Shown here: positions 41,901 through 64,000 of the stretch, one piece after another
Numbering within the stretch: position 1 is the first letter of the stretch
How the letters are laid out: each line of letters begins with the position of its first letter
Source of the DNA: Antedon mediterranea
Lineage: Eukaryota; Animalia; Echinodermata
NCBI RefSeq assembly: GCF_964355755.1
Contig: NC_092670.1
Location: forward strand, 1,850,201 to 1,914,200
DNA: 64,000 nt
Reading direction: 5' to 3'
Program-made: the position numbers and the translations under genes
The notes under the pieces: model-generated
What the model saw: the letters and a program-made list of their open reading frames with translations, nothing else
The model's database searches: none
What the model was told of the DNA's origin: nothing

Positions 41901-42124
41901 CCAGCCAGCCAGCATCACCCACCACACAGATGATTGGACCAACTTACCATCGGAAAAACGAACCCATCGTTGTAGTCTGTATGCTCCCCTATCAAATTAA
42001 CTCTTCCTGGTGCACACGCTGCAACATCTGGTTTACTACCGAATTGTTTTAAGAATTCATTGCAAAGTTGGGAAAGTAACGTTTCGACTTCTAAAACCTC
42101 TGTTACCCGATTCGACGAAGACAT
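38922..42124 (-). CDS. GALK1: Galactokinase; exons ~42124-41948, 41368-41179, 40810-40555, 40393-40211, 39819-39669, 39286-39123, 38993-38922
   Basis: [64 protein letters not shown]-kinase motifs. Confidence 0.95.
40853..41118. mobile_element. MITE (~265 bp) with ~55-bp imperfect TIRs (CACTTGTCAAT...) in a GALK1 intron
   Basis: cacttgtcaatattgaatgacctacaatatgaccccgggagaggtgcgtcatt versus its reverse complement ending 41118; TSD not clear. Confidence 0.75.
41731..41958. repeat. 76-bp tandem repeat (3 copies) spanning the GALK1 exon-1 donor
   Basis: acagtgcaagtggtgcaccccagcc...ggaccaacttaccatcggaaaa repeated. Confidence 0.9.
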
Positions 42125-43689
42125 TGTGTTAATTTACATTTATACTATAAAAGTATACTGTGTCATGTAAATTGCTTAGCTCATCATGTCACGACGTTCA
42201 AATAAACAAACATCATCCCAGGGTCGCGATTCCTAAAGCGTTATGATTGGCTGGTTAACACACGTGACTCCAGAAGTTAGTTTGCGCAAAGAATATATAT
42301 CACAAGAATGAGTATTCCGCGATTTTTGCATGAGAAATTTGTAACATAGAGCTCCAGAGAGTGATGCCCGCCCTCATAAGGGCGGATGTATACATATTAA
42401 ATAAGACTTGATTTAATAGATATTATACATGTCACATTAAATAGAATTATGATAATAGTTTTGCAATTGTAAACTATTTTATAATACATATTTATTAACA
42501 AACTAGTGTACATTCACTTTTACAGACAATTATTTACTAACATGCTAAGTTAGTTCACAAAAAAGGCCTAACACAGCAACACCAAAAGTCAACGAATCGT
42601 TACTCAGCACGGCCTATTCTTTACCATTGCCCGTGTACTACTCTACGCCCGGTAAATTAAGTATTGTTTTTATGATATAAATCAGTATAAAATACATGTT
42701 ATTAATAGGAAAAAATGTTAAATGTCATTAACATTTATTTGTTTTACCAGAAACAAGTTAAATATAGGAATATTATTAAACTATCCTACGTGAAAACGCG
42801 TAAACACCAACACGCCCGGTCACGCTATTGTAGCGCCCGGTTGATAAAGCAAACTGTTTATACGGCAGTTTTTACTAAATAAATTGCATAAAGCGAACAA
42901 TTAAATATCCAAATAGTTTTTAACGTGATGTTGGCATGTAGTTGATAACATTTTTATCATCGGAAAATACTCCGGTGGTCCAGCCTTTGATTAGTGAAAC
43001 CTTCACCAAAAGTTGTATACATCCCAGATACATCCACACTTATGGCGGCGCCCTACCACATGGACAATATTACTGTTACAGGGAAAATCGCGGATTACTC
43101 ATTCTTGTGATATATATTCTTTGGTTTGCGCAAAGAACTTGGTTTGCGTGATGGATGGGTGAGTGGTGGTGGTGGTGGTGGTGGAGCAGAAATAATTAGT
43201 TCATGCTCGATTTTTACACGTTTGTTATATTGTGAATATTTTATTAACAATACAATCAATCATTTTACCAGATATATTATTATCAAATTAAAAATTATAT
43301 TACATTAATTAATAGCACACACACTGCTATCCAGTTTCAGCAATTGGTAGGCCTACAGTAGGCCACTATCCAATCGGAGGCCTAAAAAATAAAGTTGCTC
43401 TCACCACTACATACATCACCCGGCCCACCCACTATAAAAGCGGCTTAAGGCCTAGGCTACATGTACATTACCAGTATAGGACAATTTTTCCTTCCGAAAA
43501 TAATAAGAACCTGTTTAGTTCGAACATGGAGGTATACCTCCATGGTTCGAACTTCAATTCAAATAATATATATGTATATTCAAAACAATAAAACACGAAA
43601 TATACCACATTGTAGGCCTACAAAGCCAAACAATCCCACCACCAACTTCGTAAACGTAAACTTAACCGTCTGCGTGCTTTCCATATGCC

Positions 43690-45546
43690 CAGCGTTGCCA
43701 GCGATAAAATTTAAATTATGCCGTATCCTGTCTCAAATAATGCCAGATTGGGAAAAATAATGCCAGATCCCCAAAATTTGGCCCTAAACAGCGCCACCAA
43801 CGGTTGTATGTCTAATAAACGTTTGTAAAACCCCAACTGACACAAAATAGGGACTAAATTGTATCCCTATGTCGTTCAAAAATTGTATTTTTAGTTTTGT
43901 GAGTAATAACTAATAATTCTAAAAATATCTGGGGTGCGAAAATGGTAATTGCAAATGAAACAAACACCAACCCACGAACCCTTCTCCCCCCCCCCCCAAA
44001 AAAAAAACCTGTTACAGCCATGGAAATTTAGAATTTTTGAGCTGAAATATGAGAGCTGCTCGATCTTTGCACTTAATTTCAAATATGAAAGGATCTTAGC
44101 CCACCATAATTAGAAAATGGCAATTATAATTTAAAATAGGAAATAAAAATATATATTAAGTGTCTCCAGGACCTCAGCCCCACCATGGTTGATAAGAAAA
44201 TTTTGAAAAATGCTGATTTAAATGCCACTTAATTTAAAATATGAAATAAAAATATATTTATTAGTGTCTCCAGGATCTTAGCCCACCATAGTTCGAAAAT
44301 GGCAACTATAATTGAAAATAGGAAATCAAAATATATATTAAGTGTCTCCAGGACCTCAGCCCCACCCGGGGCCCCACCATGGTTGGGACTGGAGGTACAA
44401 CAATTTGGAAAAATAGAGCTGCTCAATGGCCGGAAATGGCACTTAATTTCAGATATAAAATAAAAATATATTTATTAGTACCTCCAGGATCTTAGCCCAC
44501 CATAGTTTGAAAATGGCAATTATAATTTAAAATAGGAAAAAAATATATATATATTAAGTGTCTCCAGGACCTCAGCTCCACCATGGCTGATGCTGAGGTA
44601 AGAAAATTTGGAAAAATAGAGCTGCTCAATGGGCGGAAATGGCACTTAATTTCAAATATGAAATAAAAATATATTTATTAGTACCTTCAGGATCTTAGCC
44701 CATCGTAGTTTTGAAAATGGCAATTATAATTTAAAATAGGAAATAAAAATATATATTAAGTGTCTCCATGACCTCAGCCCCACCATGGTTGGGGGTGAGG
44801 TAAAAAAAATGGAAAAATAGAGCTGCTCGATGGGCGGAAATGGCACTTAATATTAAATAAAAATTACCTCGCCCACATGGTCACTACTGGGGCTGAGAGG
44901 TGAAGAACATTTGGAAAAATAGGGTTGCTACGACGATGCAAATGGAACATAATTTGAAATATGGAAAACAAATTCTCCTAGAAGAAATTCTTTTTAAAAT
45001 TAGAGCTTCTAATTAGTTACTGGAAATTGCCATTTCAAGGGTTGGGGTAGAGGTGCGGCCACTTATAATTATGAACTGAGACAACAAAACCCCTTTCATA
45101 ATGTTTTCGTTCAATTGTCTCTATATCTGGGGATCCAATAACCTGCATGGTCTCTGAAATAGAGCAACATAATTGGCCAATAGCTAGCCTCTTCGGATTT
45201 TTTGTGCTGCCTATATCGGACACACGGTAGTTTTCGAGCAGCCTTCCTTTCCGAAGAGTCTATTTAAGTCCGAAACAAAAGGATGGAAGAACTATTGTAC
45301 GGAAAACCCGAACAGATCTGTTTTGTACAATATGATATTGTGTAAGGTGATATGTATTAAATTGCAAGATTAAACAAAATATTTTATTTTTGTTCTGTGG
45401 TATATTATTTTTTTGGTTGTTCAAAAAACACAAAATTATGCCAGATTATGCTAAAAACGGCTAAATAATGCCGCGGCATTATGCCAGATGCCGTGGGCCT
45501 CTAAATAATGCCAAAAAGCATAATAATGCCAGAAATGGCAACTATG
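43690..45546. mobile_element. Non-autonomous hAT element, 8-bp TSD CATATGCC, subterminal atgccaga repeats, internal ~200-bp tandem repeats
   Basis: catatgcc|cagcgttgcca (43682-43700) and tggcaactatg|catatgcc (45536-45554). Confidence 0.85.
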
Positions 45547-46142
45547 CATATGCCGCGCGCTCGTAGCCTACGTCACGTGAAGGCAAATATCCAATGATGA
45601 CATCTAATCTATATTTTTTAAGTTGAGCGCTCTCCTTCACTTTTGTCCATTCTCACTTTGTTATATTTATATTTATATTTGTTATGCTCATTATTTTTAT
45701 GAATGAATAAAGAAACTAGAAATGTTACGACCTCATAATCATAGAAAAAAATGGAATAAACGTAAAAGTTTTGCGCATTTTTAAATTGTGCTAGACTTCG
45801 CATGGTAGGCCTTTTTGGATGGGTGACGGGTATGGTGTTATAGCACAATTAAAATATTATACTAATCAAAAAGTAGGCCTAGGATACATAGAAACTTCAT
45901 ACACCATTTGGAAATGTATCCTTGTCTTTCGTTAACATTTTGCTATGATTTGGAATTGAAAAGTTGAATAAGCAAGACCGCATGGTACTGAGAGGACATG
46001 ATTGACCCCATAACCAACATAAATAATTGAAAATGTTGTAAGTACAATCAACGAACTTGAGGGTCGTTGATACTAACATCTATTTATGAAGTACCTGGCA
46101 TGCATGCAATTTACGTGTGTACTTACACGTAGACGGACGGTG

Positions 46143-46357
46143 TAGTAAAAAAAATAGCAACAGTGTGACGCGTATTACACCCAAAAAATAGCAACAGTGT
46201 GACGCGTCGTAACCAAAAAAATAGCAACAGTGTGACGCGTCGTAACAAAAAAAATAGCAACAGTGTGACGCGTCGTAACAAAAAAAATAGCAACAGTGTG
46301 ACGCGTCGTAACAAAAAAAATAGCAACAGTGTGACGCGTCGTAACAAAAAATAGCAA
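46143..46357. repeat. ~33-bp minisatellite
   Basis: aaaatagcaacagtgtgacgcgtcgtaacaaaa repeated ~6 times. Confidence 0.9.
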
Positions 46358-46690
46358 CTGAACTTGCTTTGTTATAGTTGTTTATTGAATGAAAAAAAAA
46401 TCATTTTGAATCGATCACAGTATTAGTTGAGTTGTAAATATTTGTATACACGGTAATTTCATACACTTTATTTAAATTTCTAGCTAATAAAGTATAATTT
46501 AAAATATTCAAATTCATTTTTGCCTAATTAAATATGAAAACCTTTTGTGAAATCGAAATATCAATGGTGGGTGCACAATAACAATGCTTTTCTAAAATTA
46601 AATACATTTTAAGGATACCACCAATATTATAATAATTGTATTTAAAAACAAAATTATGAATACCACCAAATAGGATGCCAATCCATAAAG

Positions 46691-46738
<48 letters not shown>

Positions 46739-46809
46739 AGGTGGGGGGAGGGGGGGTTGTTAAATTTTAATCAACCTTCGGAACTATATTATATTACAGT
46801 ACTATATTA

Positions 46810-47290
46810 ATCATCACCAACAAATCTCCATATTCAGCAGTAAAATATTAATATTCATGTTAATTACCACCAAATCATCAATATTCAACAGTACAATATT
46901 AATATTCATGTTAATTACCACCAAATCATCAATATTTAACAGTACAATATTAATATTCATGTTGATTACCACCAAATCATCAATATTCAACAGTACAATA
47001 TTAATATTTATAATGAATATATCAATCTTCACTAACAAATATCCATATTTAACAGTATCATTCATTACCAATACCACATAATATACATATTCAACAGTAA
47101 AATATTAATATTCATGACATGTTTATCATTCATTACCAACACATAATATATAATATTCATGATGATACGTTACCATTCATTACCAACGCCACATAATATC
47201 CATATTCAACAGTAAAATATTAATATTCACTGTGTGAATAAGCTATTATCAATACAACAAAATATGCATATTCAACAATACAATATCTTT
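46810..47290. repeat. Degenerate ~57-bp AT-rich tandem repeat
   Basis: atattcaacagtacaatattaatattcatgttaattaccaccaaatcatc repeated and decaying. Confidence 0.8.
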
Positions 47291-47665
47291 ATTCATTATC
47301 AATAAGATTGTGAGAGTACCACATATTCAACACCAATGTCAAGAGTACTTTAGGAACATTAGGAACCTATATTCTACATAACTTCAGAGCAAAAGGTCAA
47401 CTTTAGAGCAAAAGGTCGCTTGATTTTGATATTCAGAAAATTACTATTACTATTAATTATTGTTAATACTGATTTAGGAATTCTACAGAGGATGCTGCAA
47501 TAAGTTAAATTTTCTTACTGCAGTAATTTTACTGTGGTTGCTGCAGTAATTATACTGTGGTAAACTGATTTTTAAATGGCAGGCCAATTTATTTTTCTTT
47601 TTACTGAATACTTAATTTTAAAAGTGGCTAAACAAATTTTACAAAATAATAAGTAAACATAAGGT

Positions 47666-48020
47666 TAGGATGACTATAACGAGGCATTTAATAAAAAGGC
47701 AAATTGCCTTAAAATGTAAATGTGACATGTTTCGAGAAACTATTCTCATCATCAGAACAGTAAACAACGCCTAGAGTGCTTATATACCAATAAGACATAT
47801 TGTATGTAAATAAGTAAGTAATTAGCATAATAAAACAACAAGGAATGTAGGCAACAACCAATCATATGGCAACAACCAATCTAGGCGTTGTTTACTGTTC
47901 TGATGATGAGAATAGTTTCTCGAAACATGTCACATTTACATTTTAAGGCAATTTGCCTTTTTATTAAATGCCTCGTTATAGTCATCGCAAGTTTGGTGGT
48001 ATTATTCATGATTTATCTAT
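47666..48020. mobile_element. Penelope-like (PLE) inverted pLTR fragment: 106-bp inverted repeats with minimal hammerhead motifs, 9-bp TSD ACATAAGGT
   Basis: 47669-47774 is the reverse complement of 47881-47986; CTGATGA-tgagaatagtttctc-GAAAC-at-GTC at ~47900-47931; acataaggt at 47657 and 48021. Confidence 0.75.
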
Positions 48021-48957
48021 ACATAAGGTGCATTCTGGTATAAATAATGTTACTTCTAAATAAACAAAACAAAGCTGCTGGATTAGTATTGTAATTAGCA
48101 GTTACTAAATAGAATCACTTATAACCAACACTCATGGGTTACAATATTCCACAAATTAGTTAAAGACCAACCTGTATTAACTATAATTCAAAACTATTAA
48201 AAACAAGTCTAAACAATTGTTATAATATGCTGAAAGCATGGAATGGCACGATTACTTTTGATCTTGGATGTTAATACTGTTTTATGCATCACACACATAT
48301 ATTTCAGATGGAAATAAAAACAAATATAATATAAATAAAATAACTTTAACCTGAAAGAGAATAAAACTATTGTAAATGAATAATACAATACTTGTTGTTG
48401 ACTACAAGTATTACCAGTTATTACAAGTATTCCCAGTTATTACCAGTTTTACCGTTTTTTATTATCACCAACAATTTGTAGTAGTATGGAATAATCTTTG
48501 AAAAAGGTTGATATAATATCAATAATATTGAAAATATTATTATATAAATTTTATCTTTGTGTTTTTAAATGTATATTTTATTATCAACCTGTAATTGGTG
48601 CCTTGCACTGTTGGTGGTAAGCAATAAAGAAAATAAAATTAATGTACGCCATATGTTGTACATTAAAATAACGCACTACCACACTCACATCTGACTAATA
48701 TATATCAATAAATTAATTATATAAAAATATAACTAAAATAATACAGAAGCAAGAAACATATTATTAGAAATGGTTTGATTATTTTTACCCCTTTTTATTA
48801 TTGTGGTGAAATTTAAAACCCTGTTTTTGCTTCAATTTTCTTTTTGTCCCAAAAGAGTTCGAATTTGAGATTATGTATTTTAAAAATATCAAACCATACA
48901 ACGGAAGTAGTCATATGTGTACTTTATACTCTTTACTCTACACTTTTTAGTATTGCT

Positions 48958-49415
48958 AACCAACCATGGTAGTACACATTTCAAACCAACCATGGTAGTA
49001 CACATTTCAAACCAACCATGGTAGAGTACACATTTCAAACCAACCATGGTAGTACACATTTCAAACCAACCATGGTAGTACACATTTCAAACCAACCATG
49101 GTAGTACACATTTCAAACCAACCATGGTAGTACACATTTCAAACCAACCATGGTAGTACACATTTCAAACCAACCATGGTAGAGTACACATTTCAAACCA
49201 ACCATGGTAGAGTACACATTTCAAACCAACCATGGTAGTACACATTTCAAACCAACCATGGTAGAGTACACATTTCAAACCAACCATGGTAGAGTACACA
49301 TTTCAAACCAACCATGGTAGAGTACACATTTCAAACCAACCATGGTAGAGTACACATTTCAAACCAACCATGGTAGAGTACACATTTCAAACCAACCATG
49401 GTAGTACACATTTCA
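48958..49415. repeat. 26/28-bp minisatellite, ~16 copies
   Basis: caaccatggta(ga)gtacacatttcaaac repeated. Confidence 0.95.
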
Positions 49416-51660
49416 TCAATTCAAGCAAAACATAACCCCTAACCCAACCATCGTACTTAAACAAACCAACTAAAACTTAGGCATGTTTTGACAAAATAGC
49501 AATATATAGAATATAACACTCTTTCTAAAAGCTAAATATTATTTATCAATTAACATTAATTATTGCTGAATGGTTTATAAGGTTCAATGAGGTACAATAT
49601 TAAAATGCTGCTGACACAAGAACACATGTATATGCTAATAATCAGTTCTTAAATTTCAGAATGTAGATATAATTTACTGACCGATGTACTGAATTCAGTA
49701 TAACTAAAGATTACACAACATTTTTTTTCCCATTTACTGTACTTTGCCAATTTAAAATGTCACGGTAACGCATGTTAAAACCAGCAATGTCTGTAAACCC
49801 ACTTTACACCACCCCAATATAATGAGAAATTTCCAATTAATAAGCCAATCCTCTAGATTTCTTTGTCAAACTGTGGAGCATTCAAGGGGACAACCACCAA
49901 ATACCAAGTAGGCCCACTCTTCCCTGGTAGGCCTAACTATTATCGTACTGTACTACATATCAACCAGTCTCACTTCATTAATGAGATATGAAATGTTGTT
50001 AAATTAACACACATAACTAGATCAAATTAAACAATTATAATTTAAAAACTTATACTCGTATTAGTATAACAAGAACTTTGTTAGAATGTTTGCATCGAGT
50101 AAAATACTTCATCAATACTTAAAAATGCTTAAGCAATAATTAGTTGTGGTAAACAAATATCTAACAAATGATTAAATAATAAATCACATTAAAATTAATT
50201 AAAATGAAATGTGTATAAAAATAAAACATATATACTGTAAACGGAAAATAATCCTATGACTTTATCATAAATGCATTTGTTAGAAATTAATATTTTTTGT
50301 GACAAAAATAAGGAATTTACAGAAAGACAAATTAAAGAAAAGGTTGAAAGAAACTATAAGCAAAATCACAATAATATGTAATTCATCACAATTTATCTAT
50401 ATACAATTAGAGATATTCATCTCGCACAGCAAGAATTTTCTCTTAATTTACATAATATATCTTTTTATTATATCTTTAAACATGGTACTCCACTATTCAT
50501 CACATAATCAGATTCACAGATTGTCTGTCAAGACTTACTTGCAAAGAATATACTAACTAAATCAGTTTCAGTGACTACGCATATTTTTTTAAAGCATGAA
50601 TCATATTACACATGCAACAATTTCTTTAAAATGTGACCAGTATTAATTGATCACCTGATAGCTAAAAACACATAACATGTGATGTACTACATTATGGTTG
50701 ATTTTTTATATTTATATATATAACTTTGGGTGGCTTTTCTGACAGACAGTGTCTAGATAGCAAAATCAATGTTATTATAAATAGAATGATGTATTGTTTC
50801 ATACACATTATTAAGACTAGATAGAAGGAATCATGGCTTGATTATTATTTCAGTTTTAAATTAAAATAGAGGTATACTGTTATTGAATACATATTCGAAA
50901 TACATTATTTTAACCAATTCAAATGAATTACTTTTTTACAAGGTAGACTTCCTGAACCAGTTGCTAAAACCCATAAAATTAATTATTTTGTGACAGTAAT
51001 CTACTGAAATCATATCTTTAAAAAAACTAGATAAATAAATCGTGCAATACCAATTAATTAATTAATTAATAAAACACATTAAAAGTTATTTTGTTAAAAC
51101 GATGCGCTTTCACCAAAACTAATACATAACTCCTTCAAATTAAAGACCCAGTTTTAGACCAGAATTTTAGGAAAATTTGGTCTCTCAGGTAGAATATCTA
51201 TATATTAAGTTTATCTGGATTACATAAAAAAGTGGTCACTAATTGGATGGAGCCTTTAATTGTTGGGTCTTTAATTAGATGGAGTTACTAAGAACAAGTA
51301 CTAAATTGCATTTATTCACTAAAGAAAATTGGACGCATTCGGAACACCATAATTAACAGAAAACCATAAATATTAGCCCAAAGGGATCTGGTATTAGGAG
51401 AGTATTCCATTGGATTTTATAAATCATTGTTTTAAAACAAAAACAAAATATGTAAATAAAATGTGATTGTTTATTTCAATCAGTTTCTGCAAGCATCATC
51501 ATTAATATCTCAACAATTCAAATTCTGATCATAATTATTAATATTCATGATTATTACTATAATATTGCATTGATTGTTTTAGATGGTCCAACTGGCGCAT
51601 CTATCGTCAACTATTTTTGTTTTTTGCTGCCGATGATGATGATGCTTGGTCCCGGTCTAG

Positions 51661-63034
<11,374 letters not shown>

Positions 63035-64000
63035 CTACAAAAAGGACATTTAAGCGATGAAAAAAATCTGTTAGTTACAAAATAATAACAATGGTTGGTG
63101 GCAGCTTTTTAAGATGAAGAGGTTTTTTAGGATCGAAACGCTCCACATAACGTCATTGGCAACATCTCTATAGTGAAACACATTACCAAAGTATTCAAGT
63201 CAATATGCATTTGCATACACTAATATTTGCATCGTAATAGTTGTAAAGGGAAATAGAGAATTAATAAAACAACAACTATGTTATGGAGTTGCTGCCAGAG
63301 GCAATCAATCAAGTTTACAAACTGCCCCACTTTAAGATATTTCAAAAGTAGTGCTGGAGAGAATATATAGTATAGTACTGTAGATCACCGTTAAGTTACA
63401 TTAGGGAGAGTTGCAACGATGATCTAACTAAGGGCGCGTTTATACAACACGCTATTACACGCATATTCTACACGCCTACGAAAAGTGTGTTGTATAACAA
63501 CAAAGAGATTCCGTGTAATGAGATTTTAATTGCAAAAAAGGCTACTTGGCTGAATCCTAAAATTTGGTGGATTCCCGGTCGCCGTTACCGTGTTGGAAGT
63601 GTCCTCAGGGTATATTTTGACCTCTCGTTAAAACAGGTCGTAATATCAATCATTGCTAACAAGATTGGGCCCATTTATTGCTGCTTCGCTGCCAGCAATC
63701 ATCCTCCTACCACGTCTTACGCCTAGCCTAGTGGGGCCAACTCGTAGTGGTAGTAGGCCTCTATCGTTTCCCACTCCAAACAGAATTAAAAAAATAACAT
63801 CGCAAAAATGGCATCTTCTTCCATAGTGTATAGATGAAACAATGAAACCCTTAAAATAACTTTTATTAATTTAAATGAACCGAGAACAAAATAAACAACA
63901 ATGCAAACGTGAACGAATACAATATAATGAAAATGGTAAAAACCGCGCGAATACATCGGACAGCGAGGAGGCGACGATGATTGTTGACAACTCAGCCAAT

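Noticed and set aside
63110-63145. Third hammerhead-like motif (atgaaga...cgaaacg)
   Set aside because: Core and stem II are degenerate, with no inverted repeat or TSD support

Overview
AT-rich, intron-containing animal (invertebrate-type) genomic DNA, annotated by hand-splicing with GT..AG and phase checks. Host genes: an ankyrin-repeat gene (-), a Canopy/CNPY3-4-like ER chaperone (+), PSMD10/gankyrin (-), EIF3B (+), GALK1 (-) and the 3' part of SEC14L1/5 (-). The standout is an apparently intact 11.6-kb DNA transposon (12641-24270) in CNPY intron 2. It has ~960-bp near-identical TIRs (TATGG..CCATA), a 6-bp TSD (GATTCC) and two convergent spliced genes. One is an intact IS3-like DDE transposase (IS3EU type, ~481 aa). 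The other is a ~635-aa protein with a UBZ-like C2HC finger and a shortened HECT E3-ligase domain that keeps the catalytic Cys but appears to lack the E2-binding subdomain. Also present: a fold-back Academ(X)-like element inserted in a tRNA-derived SINE, two Penelope-like inverted insertions with minimal hammerhead-like motifs, several TIR/TSD-defined MITEs (MULE-, hAT-, Harbinger-, Tc1-like), LINE RT fragments and many minisatellites. Family assignments come from motif recognition only; no database search was run.
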